A stretch of 64,000 nucleotides of DNA from Chloropicon primus (lineage: Eukaryota): the NCBI GenBank assembly GCA_023205875.1, contig CP060757.1:558001-622000 (forward strand), in the 5' to 3' direction. The translations under genes and the position numbers were made by a program. The notes beneath the pieces are model-generated. The model was not told the origin of the DNA, searched no databases, and saw only the letters and a program-made list of their open reading frames with translations. Position 1 is the first letter of the stretch. Every line of letters starts with the position of its first letter. Shown in pieces: positions 52,276 to 62,880 of the stretch.

Positions 52276-54435
52276 ATGTCGCTAGCGAGTTTGGAGTTCC
52301 ACGAGCGAAGCGTGCCCTTGGGCGCTTTGGCTTGCGCGGAGCTTGGAGGCCTCGGAGGCAAGGTGGAGCAGGTGTCGAGGAAGGACGTCAACCCGAAGGA
52401 TCCACCCAAGTTGGTGGTGAAGGCCGACGGAACGAGGTTCGAGGGAGCGGCGACGTGCCTCAGGTACTTCGCCAGGGCGGGGAGCAAGAAGTCCCAGCTG
52501 TTCTTGGACGGCCACCCGGTGGAGGGGACGCAGATCGACCAGTGGATCGACTGGAGCGTCGTGCTGAAGCCAGGCCAAGGCCTGCCGGAGCTTCTGAAGC
52601 AGATCAATGCCTTCGTTTCGACGAGGACTTACCTCGTTGGTGGCGTGCTGACTCTCGCCGACGTCGCGATCTGGGGGACCCTCGCCTCGATGCCGCTGTG
52701 GGTGAACAAGCTGAAGAAGGACAAGAGCCTGGTAGGCTTGGTGAAGTGGTACGACACTTGCAGCGCCATCCCGGAGTTCGCCAAGGTGCTGAGCGAACAG
52801 AGCAAGCCCAAGAAGAGCGCGGCCTCCGCGGACGGAAAGAAGGCCGATACCGGTGGAAGCTTCGAGATCAAGCTCACCGGTGCCGTGAAGGGGAAGGTGG
52901 TCACGAGATTCCCACCGGAGCCCTCTGGATACCTCCACATTGGTCACGCCAAGGCTTGCCTCCTCAACCAATACTTTGCGCAGCACTACGAAGGCAAGCT
53001 CCTTCTGCGGTTCGACGACACGAACCCCTCCAAGGAGAAGGACGAGTTCGTCGAGAACATCTTGCAAGACCTGAAGAGCTTGGGCATCGAGGCAGACCAG
53101 ACGTCCTACACGTCTGACCACTTCCCCCAGTTGCTTGACTTGGCGGAGAAGATGATCAAGAAGGGATTCCTGTACGCGGACGACACGCCCGTCGAGAAGA
53201 TGAGGGAGGAGCGCATGGAGGGCATCAACTCCGTGAGGAGGGACAGGTCAGTGGAGGAGAACCTCAAGATCTTCAAGGAGATGCAGGACGGAACCGAGGA
53301 GGGCCAGAAGCACTGCATCAGGGTGAAGCTCGATATGCAGAACCTGAACAAGGCTCTGAGGGATCCCGTGTGCTTCAGGTGCAACCTGACCCCGCACCAC
53401 AGGACGGGAACCACCTACAAGGTGTACCCTACGTATGACTTTGCGTGTCCTTTCGTCGACAGCTTCGAGGGCGTCACCCACGCTCTCAGGACGAACGAGT
53501 ACAAGGACAGGGAGGACCAGTTCCAATGGATTCTCAAGTTGCAGAGGGAGGTGCTCCCAAAGCTGCCAAAGGTGAACATCTGGGAGTTCTCCAGGCTGAA
53601 CATGGTGAACACCGTGATGAGCAAGAGGAAGCTCCAGTGGTTTGTCGACACGGGCAAGGTGAGCAGCTGGACCGACCCCAGGTTCCCCACCGTCCAGGGC
53701 CTCCTCCGCAGGGGTCTCACCGTGCCTGCGCTTAGGGACTTCATCCTCCAGCAGGGTGCAAGCAAGAACACCACCAACCAATCGTGGGACAAGATCTGGA
53801 CCCTGAACAAGAAGCTCGTCGATCCCGTCTGCGCGAGGCACACCGCCGTGATCAGCGAGAAGATGGTCCCCGTCGAGCTCGTCAACGGCCCAGCGGAGCC
53901 TCAGGTCGAGACCGTGCTGAGGCACAAGAAGAACCCTGCCACGGGAAAGAAGTCCATGACGAAGTTGAACCGCATCCTGATTGACTATGCAGATGCCAAG
54001 GTGCTCAGCAAGGGAGAGGAGGTCACCTTCATGAGCTGGGGGAACTGCTTCATCGAGGACATCAAGGTCAACGGCGCTGGAGAGATCACGGGACTCGTGG
54101 GTAAGCTGAACCCTGGCGGAGACTTCAAGACCACCAAGCTCAAGCTCACTTGGCTTGCGGACATCCAGGACAACGTCAACGTGCGCTTGGTGTACTACGA
54201 CCACCTCATCACCAAGAAGAAGATTGAGGAGGGCGACAACTTCGAGGACCTCGTGAACACCAAGAGCAAGGTGGAGACCATGGCGATCGCTGACGGCAAC
54301 TGCAGGAACCTGCAGAAGAGCGAGATCATCCAGTTCGAGAGGAAGGGCTACTTCATCGTCGACGAGCCTTACATGAAAGAATCCAAGCCTATTGTCCTGA
54401 ACTACATCCCAGACGGAAGGACCAAGGGGAAGTAA
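52276..54435 (+). CDS. Cytosolic glutamyl-tRNA synthetase
   Basis: GST-like N-terminus, TRFPPEPSGYLHIGH, RFDDTNP, YPTYDFACP, VMSKRKL, QFERKGYF. Confidence 0.96.
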   Translation: MSLASLEFHERSVPLGALACAELGGLGGKVEQVSRKDVNPKDPPKLVVKADGTRFEGAATCLRYFARAGSKKSQLFLDGHPVEGTQIDQWIDWSVVLKPGQGLPELLKQINAFVSTRTYLVGGVLTLADVAIWGTLASMPLWVNKLKKDKSLVGLVKWYDTCSAIPEFAKVLSEQSKPKKSAASADGKKADTGGSFEIKLTGAVKGKVVTRFPPEPSGYLHIGHAKACLLNQYFAQHYEGKLLLRFDDTNPSKEKDEFVENILQDLKSLGIEADQTSYTSDHFPQLLDLAEKMIKKGFLYADDTPVEKMREERMEGINSVRRDRSVEENLKIFKEMQDGTEEGQKHCIRVKLDMQNLNKALRDPVCFRCNLTPHHRTGTTYKVYPTYDFACPFVDSFEGVTHALRTNEYKDREDQFQWILKLQREVLPKLPKVNIWEFSRLNMVNTVMSKRKLQWFVDTGKVSSWTDPRFPTVQGLLRRGLTVPALRDFILQQGASKNTTNQSWDKIWTLNKKLVDPVCARHTAVISEKMVPVELVNGPAEPQVETVLRHKKNPATGKKSMTKLNRILIDYADAKVLSKGEEVTFMSWGNCFIEDIKVNGAGEITGLVGKLNPGGDFKTTKLKLTWLADIQDNVNVRLVYYDHLITKKKIEEGDNFEDLVNTKSKVETMAIADGNCRNLQKSEIIQFERKGYFIVDEPYMKESKPIVLNYIPDGRTKGK

Positions 54436-54626
54436 ACAATTTAAACAATCTTACAATTTCCAACACTTCTTCCGACAAGCTCGCCTTGACCAGACTCTTC
54501 TGCTCGGATCCGAGGAATATTTCACTGGCTCGGCGAAGCATTTTGGCACTTGGAGGCCAGGCACCAACAACACAAACAAGGGGTCCTTCGCCACTCGTCC
54601 ACCACCGACGACTCTCCCTCTCTCTC

Positions 54627-55490
54627 TCACGTGATCGGCTTCCCGCGGACGTCGAAGTTTCCCCTCAGCCTCTTGAGCCGCTCTTCTCTTGCAACCTCGG
54701 CCACTCGCCACTCTCCGAGGTCGACGCCGCCCTTGGCCCGGGGAGAGCGAGGCCCCGACCCGCTCTCGGGACGAACGTCCCTCACAAGCTTGGCAGGACG
54801 CCAAGAGTTGCTCTCTGCGTTGATCGCGAACTTCGTCGACACCAGCGATATCTTGCGAGGAATGAACTCCAAGAGCACGAACCTCTCATCGTTCGGCCCA
54901 CTTTGGAAGAAATTCCACAGCACCCAGTTCTCCTTCCAGATCCCCTCGTGCACGGCCTTGTAGAAAGGCCCGTCGCTGCGCCGGACTACGCTGCAGACTT
55001 CCCCTTGCATCACAAAGTAGTTCCCGGATCTATCGTAAGCGCCGATGCTGCACTTGGGGTCCTTGTTCAGCTCGGCAACCTTCTCGGTGTGCACATTGGT
55101 CGCGATCCAGAGCCGGTCGCACCAGTTGGCCGACGAGGCGTCGGAACTTTTGACCAGCTTGGGGGTCAAGTGAATCGACACCGGTCTGCCGTTCGGGCCC
55201 AACCTACCATCCTCACTCGCCGTGAAGAGCATGGCGATCCCATCCGTTGCCTTCCAGACGTCGAGGGCCGCCTTAAGGATGTCCGGCGCGGTGTGGACCG
55301 CCCCTGCGCCCTCGCAGGACGCCATCACGATCCGCAGCGCCTTTGGCACGAGGACCTCAGGACTCACAATGCGAGTCCGATTTCGCTCCCCGCTCTCCTG
55401 AACCCAGTGGCGCGTGACAACCATCGCGCCACCGGCGAGTCCCACCGCGGCGAGGGCTCGGCTCGACCTCGCAAACCGCTGCCACATCAT
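54627..55490 (-). CDS. Pyridoxamine-phosphate-oxidase-like FMN-binding split-barrel protein
   Basis: LWIATN...KV.EL..DP.C......YFV.QG...; F..GP.D..FVLLEF.P; presequence-like N-terminus. Confidence 0.65.
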   Translation of the reverse strand: MMWQRFARSSRALAAVGLAGGAMVVTRHWVQESGERNRTRIVSPEVLVPKALRIVMASCEGAGAVHTAPDILKAALDVWKATDGIAMLFTASEDGRLGPNGRPVSIHLTPKLVKSSDASSANWCDRLWIATNVHTEKVAELNKDPKCSIGAYDRSGNYFVMQGEVCSVVRRSDGPFYKAVHEGIWKENWVLWNFFQSGPNDERFVLLEFIPRKISLVSTKFAINAESNSWRPAKLVRDVRPESGSGPRSPRAKGGVDLGEWRVAEVAREERLKRLRGNFDVRGKPIT

Positions 55491-55525
55491 CTCAGCAATC
55501 CCTCCTCTCGCACTAGTGTTGTCTT

Positions 55526-55765
55526 TCAAGTATACTGTTCCAAGCCGTGATGGTTCCACTTTTCCCCCTCCTTCTCGTCCTTCTCCTTCCTCTCGTTCTC
55601 TGCCGTGTCCAGAATGTCGTTCGAGAGGAGGCTCTGGTGGTTCGCTCCCGAAAATACCAGCGTATCGTCCGGCAGCGTCTCCCTCTGCCAGGCCTCGTCA
55701 ATCACCCCAAGAATCACTTGCTCCTCTGTCAGGAACAAGTCATTCCCCTTCTTCATGTCACTCAT
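55526..55765 (-). CDS. APC13: Anaphase-promoting complex subunit 13-like
   Basis: 79-aa acidic ORF with ID..W..E.LP.D and a C-terminal EKW...GL. Confidence 0.7.
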   Translation of the reverse strand: MSDMKKGNDLFLTEEQVILGVIDEAWQRETLPDDTLVFSGANHQSLLSNDILDTAENERKEKDEKEGEKWNHHGLEQYT

Positions 55766-56255
55766 CGTCGTCGTTGGTCCATCCCCTCCACAGCGTCTTT
55801 CCTCTCCACAAAACGCTCGAACGAAAGACAAAGCGAAACAGATCCGACCCTTGCGCCTGCGCTTCCCCTCCCAACACCCTCGTCGTCGTCGTCCTCGTCG
55901 TCCTCGTCGCCTCTCCCTCCCTCGAACTGGCTCCTCGCTCCCGCGGGATTCAAATGATGGGATCCCAAGGACAAGCTGCCTAGTGACAGAAGCAAAGGCA
56001 AAGGCAGGACTGCCTTGGACAACACCGCGCCAGGTGAGCGGGGACCCGATCCAGGAGGGGAGAAGAGTGTGGCGCGACTGACGTCTTCATTGTTTCTCCT
56101 TGCTTTTCGCTGCTTTTCGTTGTTTTCGTCAACGGAACAGGTGAAGGAGGTCAGAGGAGGTTGGGAGGACAGGGAGGTGTGTGGGTGTGGGTGTGTGTGA
56201 ACAAGGAAGGTAGGGGGCGGGGCACTGCGCGAGAGAAAACACTTCGGGGGCGAAT

Positions 56256-58006
56256 ATGATACTTTCGAAGAGTCGGGTTGCGCCGACGGCGAACAAGGTG
56301 AGGGCAAGGGGAAAGCTTCAGAGGGTTGTTGTCGACGGAGAGAACTGACTGAACTCTCTTTTTCTTTCGCCCCTCCCGTCTGACCCCGCCAGCCCTCGAG
56401 CAAGAACCAGGAGGCTAAGCTGCCCGCGTTGGACGATTTCCTGTCGTCCAGGGACTACAAGGGCGCCATCACCTTGCTGGAGTTCCAACAGAAGCCCGAG
56501 GCCGACTTGAGCCTCGAGGACAGCGAGCACATGCTGTGGCTCGCCTACTCGTACTTTCACTTTGGGGAGCACGACAAGGCCCTGAAGATCTACAAGCAGC
56601 TCCTCGATGTTTCGAACGAGAACTGCTCGGTTTACTCCACATACATAGCGGCTTGTTTGTACTACGTCGGCAAGTATGAGGAGGCCGAAAGGTACGCCCT
56701 GGAGGGGCCAGCCTCTCGCCTGAGGACGAGGCTTCTGTTTCACATCGCGAACAAGCAGAACGACGAGACCAAGCTGATGGAGTACCACCAGCAGCTGACC
56801 GACAGCATCGAGGACCAGCTTTCTCTGGCTGCGATGCACTTTCTCAGGACGCACTACAACGAGGCCACCGACATTTACAAGAAGCTCTTGCTGGACAACA
56901 GGGACTTTGTCGCCCTCAACGTGTACATCGCCCTTTGCTACAGCAAGCTTGACTACTATGACGTGTCCCTGGAAATTCTTTCCGTGTACCTGCAGGCGTT
57001 TCCCGACTCGAGTTTTGCTGTGAACCTCAAAGCATGCAACCAATTCAAGCTCTTCAACGGCCGGTCAGCGGAGAACGAGCTCAAGGTGCTCCAGGACTAC
57101 GGCAAGGCTCTCATGGAAGACAGCCTGATCAAGCACAACTCGTGTGTCTTCAGAGGCGGAGACAACGCAATGCAAGTTCTCCCGAAGCTCATAGACCTGA
57201 TTCCCGAGGCGAGGCTGAACATGGTGGTGTATCACCTGAGAAGCGGCAGCATCGAGGAGGCCTTCAAGCTCGTCTCCGACATCGAGCCGAGTAACCCGCA
57301 GGAGTACATCCTGAAGGCGATCGTGCACGCGATCTTAGGCCAGAACAACGTGAACCAGGAGCAGATCAACGCGGCGCAGCACAACTTCAATCTTGTCGGA
57401 GGATCGGCGAGCGAGTGCGACACCATCCCCGGAAGGCAGTGCATGGCGAGCAGTTACTTCTTGCTCAAGCAGTTTGAGGACGTGCTGGTGTACCTCAAGA
57501 GCATCAAGTCATACCTGGCCAGCGATGACAGGTTCAACTGGAATTACGGCATTGCCCTGGCGGCAAATGGAGAGTACGAGGAGGCGGAGGAGGCCCTTCT
57601 GCAGGTGCAGAACGAGGATTTCAAGGAGGACTACTGCTACTTGAGCTGGCTGGCGAAGACCTACATCGCCAACGGCAAGGCGAGACTGGCTTGGGAGCTC
57701 TACCTGCGGGTGGAGTCGAGTGACGACTCCTTCAACCTGCTGCAGCTCATTGCGAACGAGTGCTACTCTGCAGCAGCGTACTACTTTGCTGCTAAGGCCT
57801 TTGACGTGCTCGAGAGGTTAGATCCTAATCCGGACTACTGGGATGGGAAGCGCGGCGCTTGCATTGGGGTTTTCAAGGACATCGTGGAAGGAAAGGAGTC
57901 CAGAGAGCTGATGAAAGACATCAAGTCCATGCTGAGATACACCAGCAACCCCCAGGTCGAGTACATCTTGAAGACGATGACCAAGTGGGAACAGAGCAGC
58001 TATTGA
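56256..58006 (+). CDS. IFT56: Intraflagellar transport protein IFT56/TTC26 (DYF-13); intron 56298-56392
   Basis: Exon 1 MILSKSR; LDDFL..RDY.GAI.LL, RLLFH, EDQLSLA, DTIPGRQCMAS, AKAFD.LERLD..P.YW.GKRGAC. Confidence 0.93.
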
Positions 58007-58034
58007 ATATATAATATGTATATCGTCCATTCTC

Positions 58035-59288
58035 TCAGTCCCAAGTCCGCGCGCTCTCCAGCACCGTCCGATCAATGCAAGGATACCCGCAGCCGCGGTC
58101 TCGGTCGTAACAGTTGCTTTCGGCCTTCTCTGGCTGAGCCACGCCCTCCGAAGTGCACTGGAACACCGTTTTCTCCAAGCACTCCTCTTCAACCCTTTCC
58201 TTGAGCTTCCTGTACCTCGCGAGCGCCTCGTCGAACTTGGGCCTCCCCCACGCCTCGATGGACTTGTCCAGACTGAGGCTGGCGGCCTCGTGGAGCAGGT
58301 AGTCCCCGTAATTCTGCGCGTACCAACTTGATGAATTCAGGTAGAGTCCCACCTTTCTGGAAACGAAGCTCGGTGCGATCCGGAGACATTTTCCGAGCCA
58401 AGGAAAGTAGTGATATCTATCGTGGACTTTTGAGCTGACCGTCAACAAATCGCCCACGTCGATACCGAGGAGCAGCCCCAGCATCACCACGGATTCGTCC
58501 ATGCGCTCCACCACGACCATGAAATCGTAGTCACGAAGGATTGCCTTGACCCTCCCCGTCAATGCCACCGGATTCCGCACTCTCGTTTTGTGCTCCCAAG
58601 TGAAGTACACCCAATCCTTTGCGCCAGGCTCGCGGAGATCCAAGTACCTCGTCTGGAAACCCCCCTGCCCCTTCGATACGGCCCCATACTGGTGGTCGGT
58701 CGTGTGGCTCAGCCAATCAAGCACGTTCTCGTCGGTCGGATCCAGTCCTTTCTGCGTGACCCCAACCCAGAAGACCCGGGAGACCGCACGATTTGCTGGA
58801 TCCCTCACCGAGCCCAGCAGGAAGGATCGCGCTTTGTCCCTCCTCGCGTACTTTTGCGCCTCATTGGTGTGCTCGTTACGAAAGTCCTCGCACTCGTTTT
58901 CAATCGCTATTCTGTGCACGATGCTCGCCAACGTGGAGCTCGCGCTCTTGGGCACCTTCACGTACAGCAAGCCTCTCGGTATAGCCGCCGGCGATCCGTC
59001 CGGGGGATACATCGATCTGCGGGTGCACCACCCCTTTGAGCTCCTTCGATAGGTTACAGCCAAGCCCGCTGCTGTGGAGGCCTGAGCGTGTTGCAGGGTT
59101 CGAGCCTGTTCCCACGACCCTGCTCCTCTTCCTTCCTTGTCCTCCACTCGCCCCTCCTCCACGGAAACGAAGGAGACCTGGAAAACAACAAGTCCAGTCA
59201 CAGCGAGGAGCACGACGAGGCCTACCACCGCATCCCTCCCCCTCCTCCGGCCCCGCACTCGCCACCTCCTCGTCATCGCCATCGCCAT
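58035..59288 (-). CDS. Golgi-type (type II membrane) carbohydrate sulfotransferase
   Basis: N-terminal TM; 5'-PSB YVKVPKSASST; 3'-PB SVRDP..RAVS; YDF....ERMDES. Confidence 0.8.
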   Translation of the reverse strand: MAMAMTRRWRVRGRRRGRDAVVGLVVLLAVTGLVVFQVSFVSVEEGRVEDKEGRGAGSWEQARTLQHAQASTAAGLAVTYRRSSKGWCTRRSMYPPDGSPAAIPRGLLYVKVPKSASSTLASIVHRIAIENECEDFRNEHTNEAQKYARRDKARSFLLGSVRDPANRAVSRVFWVGVTQKGLDPTDENVLDWLSHTTDHQYGAVSKGQGGFQTRYLDLREPGAKDWVYFTWEHKTRVRNPVALTGRVKAILRDYDFMVVVERMDESVVMLGLLLGIDVGDLLTVSSKVHDRYHYFPWLGKCLRIAPSFVSRKVGLYLNSSSWYAQNYGDYLLHEAASLSLDKSIEAWGRPKFDEALARYRKLKERVEEECLEKTVFQCTSEGVAQPEKAESNCYDRDRGCGYPCIDRTVLESARTWD

Positions 59289-59354
59289 CGCCCACGTTTC
59301 GATTCGTCTGTCGCTTAAACTCCGTTCGAAAAATCAGAAGCTCGCGCGCTCTCT

Positions 59355-59497
59355 ATGCTCGTGCGAAGAGGCTTCGGAAGGTCCAGGTTCCTCCGGAGAG
59401 GCCTCACGCGCAGCCTTTCAACAGCAGCGGAGTACCTAGGTATGCCTCGTGCACCCGTCGTCACGTCGTTGCTTGGTTCCTGACACACCTGTTGTTC

Positions 59498-59536
<39 letters not shown>

Positions 59537-60899
59537 TCTTGCAGAGAGCCTGGTGAAGGTGAATTATGAGACGAGCGTCGACAGGAGCGGTCTTCGCGAC
59601 AATGAGGGCCCCTTCGACTCGGTGAACCTGCTTCTCGAGGCCCTCGGGCGGCCGCAAGAGGCTCTGTCGGTCGTTCACGTCGTGGGTTCCAAGGGAAAGG
59701 GCGGGACGTCCTCCATCCTTTCCGGCATACTGAGCCGGTCGGGGCTTCGAGTGGGGACCTACACCAGTCCCCACGTGGTGTCGCTCGGCGAGCGCGTTCT
59801 CATCGATGGCGAGGATTGCGAGGACGGGCGCCTGCTGGAGCACTTTCGCGACCACGAGGCCGAGGTCCTGAAAGTTCAGGGGCAGACCGGTTGGAGGCTA
59901 AGCCACTTCGAGGCTCTCACGGCGTTGAGCCTCAAGTATTTTGCGGACAGGCAAGTCGATCTCGCTGTCGTGGAGGCTGGGTTGGGCGGGGTGAAGGACG
60001 CCACCAATGTCTTTTCCAATGCCAGGGGCCTGAGGCTGGTTGTCGTGACGCCCCTGGAATTGGAGCACACGGACGTGCTGGGGGAGAGGTTGGAAGACAT
60101 CGTGGCGGCCAAGGTAGGCGTCGTGAAGAGGGGCACCCCTCTTGTGGTCGCAAACCAGTCCTCGAAAGCCTTGGAAAATCTCGTGGCGGAGGAAGCAAAC
60201 TCCCTTGGTTGCGGCCGGGTGATGAGGACTTCCGTCGAGTGCCAGGTGGCGTACCATCACAGGGATGACGACTCGGGGCGGCGGGACTATAGCTTTGCTG
60301 TGAGAGGTTCGCCGTCCTCCCGCAGGGAATTGAGGCAGGCGAGGCTACCGAAGTTTGTTGTTGACAATGCCAGCACAGCCCTCGTGGCGGCTGAATTCTT
60401 GGCAAGCGGCTTCGGGATCGACATTAGGGACGAGGACGTCGAGGGGGCCCTGAGAGATCACCAGCTCCCCGGGCGATTTCAGATCCTTCCTGGCCGGGGG
60501 GGTGGCGCGATCGTGCTGGACGGCGCGCACACTCCGAAATCAGCAAAAGTTCTGGTCGACACGCTGATTGATTTGTATCCCGGGCGCGAGTTCGTCTTCG
60601 TGATCGCCATGGCAAAGGACAAGGACGTCGGTTCTTTTCTGGCAGAGGTTGCGAGAGCCAATCCGAAGAAGGTTGTTTGCACTTCGGCCGACGAGCACAG
60701 CAGGTCCTGCCACCAAGACGAGATCCTAAAGTCAGCACAAGCTCTTGGACTCCCTGCCGTGGCCGCCGCTGACTTTCAGGAGGCCCGGGCGCTCGCAAAG
60801 GCCAAGGAAGGTGACAACGCGCTGCTGGTTTACACGGGAAGCTTTCGGACGGTCGCGACGTTCCTCAAGCAGTCCCCCGTTCGACAACAAAACGCATAG
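59355..60899 (+). CDS. folC: Dihydrofolate/folylpolyglutamate synthase; intron 59440-59544
   Basis: VHVVGSKGKG, G.YTSPH...ER, FEALT, VVEAGLGG..DATN, EH...LG, PGRFQ, LDGAHT. Confidence 0.92.
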
Positions 60900-60969
60900 G
60901 GAACAAAAACGACTTGTTTATTATTCAATGTTTTTTATATACCTGTATTACAAGCTTAGCTGTAACATA

Positions 60970-61725
60970 TCAAATGGAACGAGCTACCTTGAGAGAGGCG
61001 TAAGCGTCCGAGCAAGCGTACTTGATCTTGCAGTAGTCGAGATCTTCCCGCTCCCAGTTGCCCAGCCTCACCCTCGCGTCCTTGTCCATCCGCATGTTCA
61101 GGAAGAACATCGACAAGTCGTTCAAGCTGAAGCGGAGCTTGTTGTTCCCGTACCTTTTGACTATTCTCGCGTTCTGAGAAGCGAGGTGGCAGACGTCGAT
61201 GGCGTTCGATATTCGGACGCCCGTGTCCTTCGCGAGCTTTATGACATCGGATCCTATGTTGACCCCGTACTTGTTGATTTGGTCGCTCGTCAGAATCCTC
61301 ACCAAATTCTCGCTCAAGCCAGAGTGGTGGATGTGGAGGAGGAAGCACAGGAACACCCCCTTGCTGCTCTTGCACTCGACCTCCTCATCCACGTACCTCC
61401 AAGGCAAGTCTGCGAGCGAACCGAGCTCTTCCACCGTGAAGCAGAACTGAAGCAAAGCCGTCTTCCCAATGTTTTCCGGGCCCTTCTTGAAGAGAACTCT
61501 CCACTCCATGTCGAAACCCAACTCGGTCACTGCAGATTCTAAAAGTTTTTTGCAAGCCGCTTCAACCTCATCCCTCGTCTTCAAGTACAAGTACCTCCCT
61601 TTGAAGCTCAAGAGCTTCGGGATCGCCTTCTTCTTCTTCGATATCGTCGAAGGAAGGGCTCTGCCCCTCGGGGACTGCCTCCGCTTCAACGGGCTCGCCT
61701 TGCTCTGCGCTCGAGTCACAGCCAT
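60970..61725 (-). CDS. Werner-syndrome-like 3'-5' exonuclease (DnaQ/DEDDy)
   Basis: LGFDMEW, ALLQFC, K.GVNI..D..KL, R.GNWE..L....YA..DAY. Confidence 0.88.
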   Translation of the reverse strand: MAVTRAQSKASPLKRRQSPRGRALPSTISKKKKAIPKLLSFKGRYLYLKTRDEVEAACKKLLESAVTELGFDMEWRVLFKKGPENIGKTALLQFCFTVEELGSLADLPWRYVDEEVECKSSKGVFLCFLLHIHHSGLSENLVRILTSDQINKYGVNIGSDVIKLAKDTGVRISNAIDVCHLASQNARIVKRYGNNKLRFSLNDLSMFFLNMRMDKDARVRLGNWEREDLDYCKIKYACSDAYASLKVARSI

Positions 61726-61775
61726 TTTGACGACAGATGAGCGTGGGTGAATAAGTTTAACGGACGAGCTTCGCT

Positions 61776-62852
61776 ATGGTGTCGCGCGACTACTTGCTGC
61801 AAGAGGTGAGGAAGAGAAGGTTCGGCAGGAGGAGGAAGTGGCAGGGGAAGCGATGGCTTGCCGCGGGCGCTGCATTCGTCTTGCTCGCCACCGTGTTCTA
61901 CCTGAACACGCGCGTGAGCCCGGCGGAGCTCGAGAGGAGAAAGCTCGTCATGAACGAGAAGCTGAAGCTGGTCCACGGGGTGCTGAGGAACCAGGTCTTC
62001 GAGATCGACGTGCACGACATGCCGGTCTTGCTTCCGCTGTTCAGAAAGTTCGAGTCCTACCAAAAGTTGTTCGTCGAGGGGTTGGACATGGGGGACTATG
62101 ACGAGAGCTGCGGCTCGGCGTTTCGAGACGCTACGAGCCCCAAGCTCGATTTCAACGAGACCTTTTATCGCGAGAAGGAATACCAGCTGCATTACTACAA
62201 CATAAACAGAACTGGGGAGCTCGCTTCCCCGGTTTGCGACAGGGAGGCCCCGCTCGGGTGCTGCTTCAATTGCCACTTGCCTCGAGGTGGGTGCTGTCTG
62301 TGCGAGTACGACGGAAAAGCGAGGGTGGCAGACCTGCTTGAGGGGCAAAAGCACCTGCAGGTCCGCTCCACGACAGCCAGGGGGTTCAAGCTCGCCCCGG
62401 TTTACGGCAAGCCATTGGCCAAGCTCTACGGGAAGCTGATGAGGAAGCTTGGCTGCACAGTCAAGGGGAAAGCATGGAGCAGGCTCCTCGCCGTGAAGAA
62501 CTTGTCCTACTTTCCTCCCGGGGGGTTCTTGATGTGGCACACGAACAGGTTCGACAACAACGCCGTCTCGTTTCGCGTGTACCTGTACTCCGTGGACAAG
62601 GATGGACTGTCGTACCTCAAGTACGTTCATCGGAAAGACCAGACGTTGAAGAAAATGTTGGACTTCCATGGCGCCGTGCGGATCTTCACCAACACGATGA
62701 GGGATGGGCACGGCGAGGAATCTTTCCTTTGGCACACCGCAGCGAGTGAGGGGGCGCACCGCATGTCCGTCGGCTTCGAGATTTACCCCGAGCAGATCGT
62801 CTCGATTCTGGATTCCTGCGAGCTGTGCTGGGAGAAATTCTTGAATATCTAA
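61776..62852 (+). CDS. Type II membrane protein with C-terminal 2OG-Fe(II) oxygenase-like domain
   Basis: N-terminal TM; YFPPGGFLMWHTN...FLWH...RMSVGF. Confidence 0.6.
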   Translation: MVSRDYLLQEVRKRRFGRRRKWQGKRWLAAGAAFVLLATVFYLNTRVSPAELERRKLVMNEKLKLVHGVLRNQVFEIDVHDMPVLLPLFRKFESYQKLFVEGLDMGDYDESCGSAFRDATSPKLDFNETFYREKEYQLHYYNINRTGELASPVCDREAPLGCCFNCHLPRGGCCLCEYDGKARVADLLEGQKHLQVRSTTARGFKLAPVYGKPLAKLYGKLMRKLGCTVKGKAWSRLLAVKNLSYFPPGGFLMWHTNRFDNNAVSFRVYLYSVDKDGLSYLKYVHRKDQTLKKMLDFHGAVRIFTNTMRDGHGEESFLWHTAASEGAHRMSVGFEIYPEQIVSILDSCELCWEKFLNI

Positions 62853-62880
62853 ATAAATAAGAAAACAGGCGGTGTTTCAT

